52,568 bases of DNA from Saprospirales bacterium (GCA_947461165.1 CANHJR010000001.1:1-52568); one strand, 5' to 3'; shown: positions 19,982 to 29,382, numbered from the stretch's first letter. The notes: generated by a model not told the origin, from the letters alone. Numbers and translations are program-made.

Positions 19982-20791
19982 ATGAATTTATTTAATCTTC
20001 AAGGAAAAGTCGCCATCGTTACCGGTGCGACAGGCCTAATCGGTCAAAATCATTGTAAAGCTCTGGCCGAGGCTGGTGCCAGTATCGTCGTAGCAGATTT
20101 GAACCTAAGCAGGTGTGAGGAGGTGATTGGCAACTTGTCAAATCCAGAGAAACATCATGCAATCTCATTTGATATTACCTCTGAGGAAGAGGTCAAAGCG
20201 GCAAGCCTTCAAATAAAGGGTAAATATGGTGCAATAGATGTATTGGTAAATAACGCGGCTATCAATGATATGTTTGAAAATCCATTATTGGCGGGAGAAA
20301 AAAGTATGTTTGAAAATTATCCTGTCGAGATGTTTCGAAAGTCCCTCGAAGCCAATGTAACAGGAACATTTCTTTGTTGTCAAGTGTTCGGAACAGAAAT
20401 GGCTCAAAAGGGCAAGGGGAGTATCATCAATATCGCTTCCACCTACGGCATGGTGGGTCCAGACCAGAGTATTTACAAGGATCAAAATGGAAAACAATTG
20501 TTTTTTAAATCAGCTTCATATCCTGCAACAAAAGGCGCTGTGATCAATTTTACTAGATTTCTAGCAGCATATTGGGGCAGCAAGGGTGTTCGGGTCAATA
20601 CCCTTTCTCCAGGAGGTGTAGAGAATAGTCAAGATGAATTCTTTGTCAAGAACTATTCCGCCAAAACACCATTGAATCGTATGGCACAGCCAACGGACTA
20701 TATGGGTGCTGTGGTTTTTCTCGCTAGCGACGCAAGCAGCTACATGACAGGTGCTAATTTGGTCGTAGATGGAGGATGGACTGCAATATAA
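19982..20791 (+). CDS. SDR-family NAD(P)-dependent oxidoreductase
   Basis: VTGATGLIGQ (TGxxGxxG), NNAA, catalytic S...YPATK (YxxxK) and a PGGV motif. Confidence 0.9.
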   Translation: MNLFNLQGKVAIVTGATGLIGQNHCKALAEAGASIVVADLNLSRCEEVIGNLSNPEKHHAISFDITSEEEVKAASLQIKGKYGAIDVLVNNAAINDMFENPLLAGEKSMFENYPVEMFRKSLEANVTGTFLCCQVFGTEMAQKGKGSIINIASTYGMVGPDQSIYKDQNGKQLFFKSASYPATKGAVINFTRFLAAYWGSKGVRVNTLSPGGVENSQDEFFVKNYSAKTPLNRMAQPTDYMGAVVFLASDASSYMTGANLVVDGGWTAI

Positions 20792-20855
20792 CAGAACAGT
20801 TGTGTCACACAATAAAATATAAAAAGTCTTATAAAACGAACAAACAAAATAAACT

Positions 20856-21350
20856 ATGGATATAAGAGTAAAAACAGAACCTATAAAATGGCTTTTTACA
20901 GATATTGATGGCGTATGGACCGATTGTTGTATTTATTATTCTTCTCGTGGTGAAGAATTGAAAAAATTTTCATATCGTGATGGAATGGGTGCCGAGAGAT
21001 TGAGAAACTTGACAGACATCAAAATTGCTATTATTACTGGAGAAAATTCAGAAATTGTTTCTCGCCGAGCTGAAAAATTAAAAATTGAGCATGTTTTTCT
21101 TGGAATTAAGAATAAATTGGAAGTTGTAGAAAATTTTATAAAGGATCGAAATCTCCGTTTTGAAAACCTGGCATATATTGGAGATGATCTCAATGACCTT
21201 GAAGTAATGAGAAAAGTCGGAATAACTGCTTGCCCAGCAGATGCCTTTGACGATATCTACCAAATGGCCGATTTTCAATGCATGAAGAAAGGCGGAGAAG
21301 GGGCTTTTCGTGAATTTTGTGAATTTCTTATCAAGGAAAAAAACATTTGA
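20856..21350 (+). CDS. HAD-IIIA phosphatase of the KdsC family (KDO-8-P / KDN-9-P / Neu5Ac-9-P phosphatase type)
   Basis: FTDIDGVWTD (DxDxT-type motif I), ITGENS and GDDLNDLEVM (motif IV). The 164-aa capless size is typical of KdsC. Confidence 0.85.
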   Translation: MDIRVKTEPIKWLFTDIDGVWTDCCIYYSSRGEELKKFSYRDGMGAERLRNLTDIKIAIITGENSEIVSRRAEKLKIEHVFLGIKNKLEVVENFIKDRNLRFENLAYIGDDLNDLEVMRKVGITACPADAFDDIYQMADFQCMKKGGEGAFREFCEFLIKEKNI

Positions 21351-21397
21351 GGATAAGAAAAAAACAATTTCTTAACTCTAAATCGAACCATTTCACC

Positions 21398-21405
21398 TAC
21401 ATTTG
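21398..21405 (+). promoter_or_regulatory. Bacteroidota-type -7 promoter box (TACATTTG)
   Basis: Exact TAnnTTTG match, 23 nt upstream of the ATG at 21429. Confidence 0.35.
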
Positions 21406-21428
21406 TATTAACAATTAGAATCATTCAA

Positions 21429-22304
21429 ATGAACGACATTATACTTGCCAATGGCAAAAAAATCGGCGCAGGCCATCCATGTTTTATCATTGCAGAGATT
21501 GGATTGAACCACAACGGGGATATCAATATAGCGAAAGAACTCATCTTGAAGGCTAAAGAAGCAGGCTGTGATGCTGTAAAGTTTCAAAAAAGAACACCCG
21601 ATGTTTGTACGCCAAAAGATCAATGGAATATTGAGCGCGATACACCTTGGGGTCGAATGAAATATATTGACTATCGGTATAAGGTTGAATTTGGAGATGC
21701 TGAATATAAGATTATAGACGATTATTGTGTAGAGCTGGATATGGTCTGGTTTGCAAGCTGTTGGGACGAAGAAGCGGTAGATTTTCTGGAGAAATTCAAT
21801 CCAATGTTATACAAGGCAGCATCGGCATCGTTGACAGATATATCGCTTTTAAAGAAAAAAATGGATACCGGGAGACCACTGATCATTTCTACAGGAATGA
21901 GCACAATTGAGGAACTAAAAACAGCATTAACAGCGATAGGAACCAAAAACTTAGCAATTGCACATGCTACCTCAACCTATCCATGTAAACCGGAAGAATT
22001 GAATCTAAGAATGATCAATACACTTCAAGAAATGTATCCCACGTGTCCGATTGGCTATTCAGGCCACGAAACCGGCTTGAGTACCACGCTAGCAACTATC
22101 CCTATGGGAGCCAATTTTATTGAAAGACATTTCACCCTAGATAGAAGTATGTGGGGAAGCGATCAATCCGCATCCGTGGAGCCAGGAGGAATGATGAGAC
22201 TTGTAAGGGATATCCGCGATATAGAAACCGCACTTGGCGATGGCGTTAAGAAGGTTTATGAGAGCGAAATGGGCCCACGAGCCAAGCTAAGAAGAGTACT
22301 ATAA
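21429..22304 (+). CDS. NeuB-family nonulosonate (sialic/KDN-like) synthase, TIM-barrel only
   Basis: FIIAEIGLNHNGDINIAKELI, DAVKFQKR, GYSGHE and ERHFTLDR are NeuB-family motifs. At 291 aa it ends right after the barrel, with no C-terminal SAF/antifreeze-like domain. Confidence 0.85.
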   Translation: MNDIILANGKKIGAGHPCFIIAEIGLNHNGDINIAKELILKAKEAGCDAVKFQKRTPDVCTPKDQWNIERDTPWGRMKYIDYRYKVEFGDAEYKIIDDYCVELDMVWFASCWDEEAVDFLEKFNPMLYKAASASLTDISLLKKKMDTGRPLIISTGMSTIEELKTALTAIGTKNLAIAHATSTYPCKPEELNLRMINTLQEMYPTCPIGYSGHETGLSTTLATIPMGANFIERHFTLDRSMWGSDQSASVEPGGMMRLVRDIRDIETALGDGVKKVYESEMGPRAKLRRVL

Positions 22305-23987
22305 ATGCAGAAGGCAAAGCGATTTTTTAATAAATATTTCTTTGCGTTTTCGTTCGTTTTATACGCTATTCTTTTACATTTATTCTATTGGAAAACGAGA
22401 GGTGCAGGTTTTGTCTTTGATATGACAGAATGGCTCTATGATTATGAGCGTTATCCAAACTTCAAAATTTTTAATCCACCTTTTGATAAAAATTTAAGGC
22501 CGGTTTATCATTTTTTGTTGAATACCATCTATAAAACTTTTGGAACGGATTTCAAGGCCTGGTATCTGTTTAATATGGGGCTTTTCTATGGTACAATATT
22601 GGCCATCCATAGTTTTCTTTCCTATTTTTACAAGACGTTTCAGGTTGAGAAATACAAAGAATTAACAATTCTAACGTGTATTGCGATAGCAGTATGTCCT
22701 TTTGGTTCTGAAATCGCTGTTTGGTATGCAACCATTCATTATTCGATTGTATTTATTTGTTTGTTCCTCACGTGCATACTTTTACTGTCTCAAGGTCAAT
22801 CTCTTTTTCTAAGAGCCGTATTGTCTGCGCTGCTCTTTAGTATAGCTATTCTCAGTATTGAACTGTCTTATAGTATTATACCAATTGTTGGGAGTTTGTT
22901 TCTACTATTGTATTGGAGACAGAAAACGGATCTTCGGTTTAATCAATACATCATCTTCTTTTTCATTCCACACCTTCTGATCTTTTTAGGATATAATTTT
23001 ATTTGTTATAAGTATTATGATAAATTTTTAGGGCATTATAGAATAGACAAAGTAGATTTTGATTTGTTGTATTTGATCGTTCATTATTTCAAACTATTGG
23101 TCAAACATTTCACGTTCGTTAATATACTTGGACAGGGAGTTTATGACACTTTTTTTCAATGGATTGATGAGTATCGCATCCTTTTTACAGCTTGTTTTCT
23201 AGTGCCTATATCTTATTTAATTTTCAAAATCCGAAGACGCTTATTAAGTCCATCGCCCGAGATTGCAATTATCCTGTTTTTCATATCCTGTTCGGTATTC
23301 TTATATATTCCTGTTTCGTTTTTATTTTATCATAATTGGAAGGAGATCGAGCTTGATCGATTGGGATACGGAAGCATGGCTTTTATTATTATGGCGCTTT
23401 TTTTCGTTTTTTGGCAAGTAAAATCAACGGGTATCAAAGCTATTTTTTTTACGGCTTTTCTTTTGGTAAGTTCATTGTTGTTGTATAATTATAATTCGCG
23501 ATGGGAAAAAAGTGCAACGGTTCGAAAGCATTTTTCGGATAACATACCGTTTTACAAAGACAAAAATGTTTACCTCGTCGGTGCTCCAATTCTCATGCAA
23601 TATGCTTATTTGATAACAATCAATGATAGTCTTGAGTTATATCGGCATTTACGAGTTTTTCGAAAGCTACAACCCACAAAAGAGTATAAGATTTTGGGCT
23701 TCTATAATATGCTAGACATAGACGATATAGTAAGTGTCACCAAACTAAACGACATGTGCGTAGAAGTGCGAGTGGAGCGATGGGGCGCTTGGTGCTGGAG
23801 CAGTTTAAAATCTGCAATTGAACCCAAGGAAACAAACAAATATATCGTTGAACCAAATGACGACAAATTAGGATATAAAATAACATTCAAATCGCTTGAT
23901 TCAAACGATAAGATCATATTGTTCAATAAGCTGAACTTCAAAGAAGTAGACTTAAGAAATAAGCCAAATGGGACAATATACATTTAA
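22305..23987 (+). CDS. polytopic membrane protein, GT-C (PMT/TMTC-like) glycosyltransferase candidate, paralog 1
   Basis: The ATG directly abuts the TAA of the NeuB-like gene. At least 10 hydrophobic segments are followed by a soluble C-terminal domain of about 130 aa. Motifs FVFDMTEWLYDY, FGTDFKAWY and PFGSEIAVWYATIHY are present. Confidence 0.7.
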   Translation: MQKAKRFFNKYFFAFSFVLYAILLHLFYWKTRGAGFVFDMTEWLYDYERYPNFKIFNPPFDKNLRPVYHFLLNTIYKTFGTDFKAWYLFNMGLFYGTILAIHSFLSYFYKTFQVEKYKELTILTCIAIAVCPFGSEIAVWYATIHYSIVFICLFLTCILLLSQGQSLFLRAVLSALLFSIAILSIELSYSIIPIVGSLFLLLYWRQKTDLRFNQYIIFFFIPHLLIFLGYNFICYKYYDKFLGHYRIDKVDFDLLYLIVHYFKLLVKHFTFVNILGQGVYDTFFQWIDEYRILFTACFLVPISYLIFKIRRRLLSPSPEIAIILFFISCSVFLYIPVSFLFYHNWKEIELDRLGYGSMAFIIMALFFVFWQVKSTGIKAIFFTAFLLVSSLLLYNYNSRWEKSATVRKHFSDNIPFYKDKNVYLVGAPILMQYAYLITINDSLELYRHLRVFRKLQPTKEYKILGFYNMLDIDDIVSVTKLNDMCVEVRVERWGAWCWSSLKSAIEPKETNKYIVEPNDDKLGYKITFKSLDSNDKIILFNKLNFKEVDLRNKPNGTIYI

Positions 23988-25611
23988 AGAATATTGTTCG
24001 AGGGTTTTGAGTTATTGGAAAGTGGGAATTCCAGTCTTTTATCTCATCGCCATCCTTGTTTTTTGGAACAAAACGGGTACATCTTTTACGGATGATTCGC
24101 TAGAATGGCTTGTTTATTTTCAAAAATATGGCTGGACAAATTTTGGGACTTCATATGAAATGACAAGTATCTATTGGATGCATGATTTGTTTTCAAATAG
24201 TATGTATTTGTTGTTTGGAAAAAACAGCTTTGCCTGGTATTATGTTATTTTGTTTTTTCACTCTTCTGCCGCTTATTTTTGGTATCGATTTATCTTTGAA
24301 ATATTAAAATCAGCAAAAACAAATGACGAGTTCGCAATTTCATTTTTGTCATCCTTGATTTTTTTAGCAAGCCCATATCATCTAGAAAATGTGATGTGGA
24401 TAGCGACCTATCATTACAATATATCCGCACTATATTTAACCTACAGCCTCTATCGAATTGTTAGACAAAACGGTCAGTTAACTTTTCGTGATCAAATTAT
24501 TTTGTTTTTACCATTTCCATTCATGCTCACGATGCATGAAATATGCTTTTTCTTTACTATCTTGTTTTGGTTTCTAATTACCTATTGCCAGAATTTCAAA
24601 TTTAATTTTCAATCAGTCAGAAAGCAATTTTTGTATTTATTACCTTACGGATTGAGCTGTATTGGTGTTTTGTTTTTAACTAAAACAATCAAAGGTTCGT
24701 ATATTCCTCATTATGGAGAAGGACATATTCAGAACCATTCTTTGTATAACTTTTTGTGGACTTTATTCAATTACATAGAGAAACATTTTCTATTCGTTCA
24801 CAACATGCCACACCAATTCAAAGAAAAGCTATATGATATCGACAAGTCAACAATGATTCTATTTTTCGTGTTTGTTGGCATTTCGGCTCTAGTATATATA
24901 TCTTTTTCTCTAAAGAAAAACAAAAGTCTTCGACCACTTGGATTATTTTTATTTTTATTTCTTGTTTTGTTTGTGCCATTTAGCAATATGTATTTTTTCT
25001 GGCACTTTGTTTTCCAGAATGATCGATTGGGATATTTTTTTTCGTTAACTAGTTCGGCCATTTTCGTCTATCTTATCGTAAAGCACATGGGCAAACTTGG
25101 AATTTTAATTTCTACTTTGTTTCTTTTTTTAAGTGTCATTATTCTCCGATATAATATATCCGCAGCAGAAGAGGCTCATAATTTTTATCACCGCATCTTG
25201 ACACCAAGTTATGAACCATATCTGGATAAAAAACCGATTGTTCTGAACTTACCATACAACTATAAAGGAATTTATATCTATCGACACAAATATAGAATGC
25301 CAACAAGCATGTATTTTTTTTATGAAAAGAATATTGATTACACATATTGTGTTTCAACTCCATTTTTCAGGTCAACGGACTCGATTATCGTCGCAAAACT
25401 ATCAGACACCATTTTTCGCGTTTATCTGGCAGCTCCAGGTTCTTGGCTTATGAATGAAACATTGGGTGGAGTGGATTATGAAAATGATCGGGTTCGAGTG
25501 GACTATGAAGAAGGCAATCAAAGCGCAACTATTTACCTAAAAAAATATGATCGATCCAAACCCGTTCTCTATTGTACAGGAAATCGTGGCTTTGTAGAAT
25601 TGGGAAAATAG
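23968..25611 (+). CDS. polytopic membrane protein, GT-C-like candidate, paralog 2
   Basis: Overlaps the previous ORF by 20 nt. It has the same architecture and alignable motifs: SFTDDSLEWLVYF, FGKNSFAWY and PYHLENVMWIATYHY. Confidence 0.7.
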   Translation: MGQYTFKEYCSRVLSYWKVGIPVFYLIAILVFWNKTGTSFTDDSLEWLVYFQKYGWTNFGTSYEMTSIYWMHDLFSNSMYLLFGKNSFAWYYVILFFHSSAAYFWYRFIFEILKSAKTNDEFAISFLSSLIFLASPYHLENVMWIATYHYNISALYLTYSLYRIVRQNGQLTFRDQIILFLPFPFMLTMHEICFFFTILFWFLITYCQNFKFNFQSVRKQFLYLLPYGLSCIGVLFLTKTIKGSYIPHYGEGHIQNHSLYNFLWTLFNYIEKHFLFVHNMPHQFKEKLYDIDKSTMILFFVFVGISALVYISFSLKKNKSLRPLGLFLFLFLVLFVPFSNMYFFWHFVFQNDRLGYFFSLTSSAIFVYLIVKHMGKLGILISTLFLFLSVIILRYNISAAEEAHNFYHRILTPSYEPYLDKKPIVLNLPYNYKGIYIYRHKYRMPTSMYFFYEKNIDYTYCVSTPFFRSTDSIIVAKLSDTIFRVYLAAPGSWLMNETLGGVDYENDRVRVDYEEGNQSATIYLKKYDRSKPVLYCTGNRGFVELGK

Positions 25612-25622
25612 AAAAATTGATG

Positions 25623-25630
25623 TAGTTTTG
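25623..25630 (+). promoter_or_regulatory. Bacteroidota-type -7 promoter box (TAGTTTTG)
   Basis: Exact TAnnTTTG match, 16 nt upstream of the ATG at 25647. Confidence 0.3.
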
Positions 25631-25646
25631 TGGCCAATATTAAATT

Positions 25647-26750
25647 ATGATCCTTCACATACCTACATTTTTATTAGAGCTTGGTGAGAAAAACTATCTG
25701 AGTATTTTGGCGGTAATCATTCCGAGCTGGGCTATACTTATGATCATATTAGAGCGCTTTTTTCCATACACCAAAGGGCTGAAACTGTTTCGTCGAGGAT
25801 TTTGGATTGATTTGGTTTGGTATACTTTTGTTCAGAGCAAGGTGCTAGAAGTAATTATTTTTACCTATATAATTCTTTACTTAAAGGCTCTTTTAGGCCT
25901 AGAGTATTATGGACCATTGAGCAATTACAATTTCTGGTTATTGTTGGTGTTCTTTTTTGTCACACACGATTTTTATATCTATTGGTTTCATCGACTACAG
26001 CACAACAACAAGTATCTTTGGAGAACCCATGAGGCTCATCATTCCGTGAGAGATGTTGATTGGCTTGCGGGAAGTCGTTCTCATCCATTAGAAATTCTAA
26101 TCAATCAAACGATTGAGTTTGCTCCGATTTTTTTCTTGGTAGACTCTCAGACAGCAGCCTATTTATATCCGGCTAAGGCACTTTTGGATGCGCTCTGGGG
26201 CATGTGGATTCACTCCAACATCGATGTTCATTCTGGTCGATTACAGTATGTTTTTAATGGCCCTGAAATGCATCAGTGGCATCATGCGAATCATCATGAG
26301 GTGTTCTACAAAAATTATTCTACAAAATTGGCGATATGGGACTGGATTTTTGGGACTGGATTTCTTCCGAACCTAAACCCATTGAACTTCAATCTTTCTA
26401 AGCCCAAGATGTTTGGCCTTCCCTATGCCTACCCTCAGGGATATTGGAGTCAACTCTGCTATGCGATTATTCGATTTGACTTCAAGCATTTAGAAACAAA
26501 AACAGTATACAAAACAATAATGGATTTTAGAAGAAATACAACAACAAAATTGTTGTCTATTTTCGGAGTTAAAGCTCAATGGATAGAATCAGAATTTTTT
26601 GATAGACACACCACGAAATATCAGTTAGACGAGATTCAAAAAACTTGCTCAGCTTGTGGAGTTACACAAAAATATTATTACCAAGATCAGGCATTGGTAC
26701 ATGTATGTGAACAATGCAACAAGGATTCGGACCTAGAAAAATTTAATTAG
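25647..26750 (+). CDS. fatty-acid hydroxylase / sterol desaturase superfamily membrane protein with a C-terminal zinc-ribbon extension
   Basis: His boxes HRLQH, HEAHHS and HQWHHANHH follow about 4 TM segments. The C-terminal tail of about 110 aa ends with CSAC-x18-CEQC. Confidence 0.85.
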   Translation: MILHIPTFLLELGEKNYLSILAVIIPSWAILMIILERFFPYTKGLKLFRRGFWIDLVWYTFVQSKVLEVIIFTYIILYLKALLGLEYYGPLSNYNFWLLLVFFFVTHDFYIYWFHRLQHNNKYLWRTHEAHHSVRDVDWLAGSRSHPLEILINQTIEFAPIFFLVDSQTAAYLYPAKALLDALWGMWIHSNIDVHSGRLQYVFNGPEMHQWHHANHHEVFYKNYSTKLAIWDWIFGTGFLPNLNPLNFNLSKPKMFGLPYAYPQGYWSQLCYAIIRFDFKHLETKTVYKTIMDFRRNTTTKLLSIFGVKAQWIESEFFDRHTTKYQLDEIQKTCSACGVTQKYYYQDQALVHVCEQCNKDSDLEKFN

Positions 26751-26756
26751 ATAAGG

Positions 26757-27872
26757 ATGAAGAAACTTTTTTTTACAGCAATTGTAGTGCTAAATATTCA
26801 TTTAAATGCTCAGATCGAAATCATTGATGTTAAGCGCTTTATGTCTGTAGGAGAGAAGGAAGGTGTGAGAATGACTATTCCTAATCAGAATAAGGAAAAA
26901 TTTGAAAAACTTCAAAAAGATTGGATGAAAAAAAACGGATCTTCCGCTGTAAAACAACCAAAGGGCAGCAATGAGATTCAGTATGAAAATGTTTACCTCA
27001 AAGGAACAGAGAAACCAATGAATCTATATGTCGTTTTAGATCAAGAGAATAAAAATCTAGGATGGACAGGTTTTTTTTTGATGGATTCAACCAATCAGGT
27101 AATCCAAAACAAAACAGGGGTTGTCATCGTTCTTCAATCACTTTTTAATAGTTCTATGAATAGCTTGTATGAGGATAGTATTTCCTTGCAAAACAAGTTG
27201 ATCAAAGAGGCTATGTCAAAAAAGAAGGATCAAGGAAAAGAAGCAGAGAAATATCAGAGAAACATCAATAATGCGAAGGATAGGATCAGAGATGCCGAAT
27301 CTGAAATACTAAGCCATCAATCAAGTGTAGATCTCAACAAGGGTAAAATAGCTCAGCTTCAATCGAAACTTTTGGACGCAGAAGCTAAATTAAAAGACGC
27401 CAGTGTAGAAATGAAAAAAACGAAGGATATAGGAACGGCTGCGGACGAACTTATGTCAAAACAAAAGAAACAACTTAAAAAATTAAAAGAATTAGAGAAA
27501 GATCCTAATGCAAATGCAATCCTTATCAGTGCGCAAAATCAAGACATCACAAAAATAGCTGAGGAGGTCAATGCGAAATCTTTGGAGTATAGGTCCGCTG
27601 AGGCCTCGGCAAAGATTCTTGTCAAAGGGGCAGAAAAGGAATTGGATAAAGCAAAAGACAATTTGGAAGATGCCGAGAAAGCAATCAAAAAGGGAAATCA
27701 GAAAATCACTGAGAACAGTGAACGTATAACCGATCAAAGAAAGAAAATCGAAGAAAACGAGGATGCAATAGAGAAATACAACTCAATTGAAAAAGGTAAA
27801 ACGGAGGAAGAATTGAAAAAACTAACCGACCGACTCGAAGAACTGAAAACAATTCAGAAAAAATATCTGTAA
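26757..27872 (+). CDS. secreted coiled-coil protein, function unknown
   Basis: Signal peptide MKKLFFTAIVVLNIHLNAQ, a globular region of about 130 aa, then about 230 aa of K/E/A-rich heptad-like sequence. It starts 6 nt after the hydroxylase stop. Confidence 0.6.
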   Translation: MKKLFFTAIVVLNIHLNAQIEIIDVKRFMSVGEKEGVRMTIPNQNKEKFEKLQKDWMKKNGSSAVKQPKGSNEIQYENVYLKGTEKPMNLYVVLDQENKNLGWTGFFLMDSTNQVIQNKTGVVIVLQSLFNSSMNSLYEDSISLQNKLIKEAMSKKKDQGKEAEKYQRNINNAKDRIRDAESEILSHQSSVDLNKGKIAQLQSKLLDAEAKLKDASVEMKKTKDIGTAADELMSKQKKQLKKLKELEKDPNANAILISAQNQDITKIAEEVNAKSLEYRSAEASAKILVKGAEKELDKAKDNLEDAEKAIKKGNQKITENSERITDQRKKIEENEDAIEKYNSIEKGKTEEELKKLTDRLEELKTIQKKYL

Positions 27873-27941
27873 ATAAGAGTAAAAAAATACCAATAAAAAT
27901 TAAGAAAGCGCCAAATCATTTGCAAGTTTGCAGAATGAATA

Positions 27942-27949
27942 TAAATTTG
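27942..27949 (+). promoter_or_regulatory. Bacteroidota-type promoter (-7 box TAAATTTG, with TTTG 19 nt upstream at 27919-27922)
   Basis: TAnnTTTG match 17 nt upstream of the ATG at 27967. A TTTG lies at the spacing expected for a -33 element. Confidence 0.4.
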
Positions 27950-27966
27950 TGTGACGATTGAGAAAA

Positions 27967-29382
27967 ATGAAAAAAAGCGCCGTTCTACTTTTATATTCTT
28001 TGCTTGTATTTGAGGCTTACACCCAAGAAGTAAGTTCTTATTTGACACCCAATCAAATTATGATTGGGGATCATATGGAACTAACATTGCGCGCCAAAAA
28101 TGCTAAAGGGATAACCTTTCCTACCATTAGTGATTCTTCGATGGGAAATTTTAGATTTGTAGAAGAGCTCAAGACGGATACTCTTTATAGCGGAAATGAT
28201 TTCACAATTTCCAAGAAGTATATCATAACTTGTTTTGAAGATAGCCTTCAAACCTTTCCCCAGCTCACATTTTTTACTCAGACGTTTCTTCCAATACAAT
28301 CTCAGTCACATAAGGTGACGGTTGTATCTCCAAATGTGGACTCGGCAAAGGATATTCGTCCTATCAAAAAAATCATATTGGTTCCACTTTCAAGATCCGA
28401 AATTGCAAGCTATTTGTTTGTAAGTTTGATTTTGCTAGGATTGGTTTTAGGATTGTATTTGGTTTATATACGTTGGATTCGCAAGGAAAAACTTTTTGAC
28501 ACAGAGAAAAAAGCAGACCCACCCCACGTCACAGCCTTGAGCTCGCTGAAGCTGATCGAAAACGAACAATTGTGGCAAAAGGGAAATCACAAAGAGTATT
28601 ATGACAGAATTTCGGATACTATAAGGTTATACCTAGAGAGGCGATTTGGGATAAAAGCCTTGGAACAAACAACACATCTGATTTTAGACTCAGTCTTTAA
28701 ATTGGAACTGCCAAGTGATACTACAGAACATATTCAAGGTCTTCTTGAATTGGCAGATTTAGCAAAATTTGCAAAGCAGAGTCCTGACCAAGAGTCGAAT
28801 GACAGAATCTTGAAGCACGCTTATAATATTGTTCAATCAACTCAAATGAGCTATGATGCCAATAAAAAGGCAAATGCTAAAATGGTTCGCAAGTTCTATG
28901 GTCAAAACAAATATGCATTCAAAAAAGAGGCAATAAATCAGGACAGTATTCGATCAATGGTTTTTGGCCTCATGGCGATCATGCTTTTATTGTCCGCAAC
29001 CATAATCTCCGCTTATTATATTCCTGTTTCATACCTACTAGGACTTATTGCTGACAAACCTTTGGTGTTTTTTGTATGGTTTATAATGATAGGTATCTTG
29101 CTTACAGTTATTATAACATCATTGATAAGAGGCAGCATGAGTGAAATGCTAGTTATTTTTGACTATAATTCTATTATAATTAGAAATCGAAAGGGTCAAT
29201 TTATAATTCCTTTTGAACACATTAAAACAGCTAATATTAATAAAAAAGAGGACTTTGACTTAACGGATATAGCTGACAAAAAACACACCATATCAAAGAA
29301 GATAGAATACTTTGACGAGGTTAAAGAACGAATCTGGGATATTATCGATATAGAACAAAATAGCAGTACCAAACAGCAATGA
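27967..29382 (+). CDS. BatD/DUF4381-like membrane protein with an extra 2-TM plus PH-like C-terminal module
   Basis: Signal peptide MKKSAVLLLYSLLVFEAYTQ, an N-terminal domain of about 130 aa, a TM segment (YLFVSLILLGLVLGLYLVYI), a helical region ending LLELADLAKFAKQSP, then two more TM segments and a tail of about 90 aa. The track start is TTG at 27958. It overlaps batA by 4 nt. Confidence 0.6.
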   Translation: MKKSAVLLLYSLLVFEAYTQEVSSYLTPNQIMIGDHMELTLRAKNAKGITFPTISDSSMGNFRFVEELKTDTLYSGNDFTISKKYIITCFEDSLQTFPQLTFFTQTFLPIQSQSHKVTVVSPNVDSAKDIRPIKKIILVPLSRSEIASYLFVSLILLGLVLGLYLVYIRWIRKEKLFDTEKKADPPHVTALSSLKLIENEQLWQKGNHKEYYDRISDTIRLYLERRFGIKALEQTTHLILDSVFKLELPSDTTEHIQGLLELADLAKFAKQSPDQESNDRILKHAYNIVQSTQMSYDANKKANAKMVRKFYGQNKYAFKKEAINQDSIRSMVFGLMAIMLLLSATIISAYYIPVSYLLGLIADKPLVFFVWFIMIGILLTVIITSLIRGSMSEMLVIFDYNSIIIRNRKGQFIIPFEHIKTANINKKEDFDLTDIADKKHTISKKIEYFDEVKERIWDIIDIEQNSSTKQQ

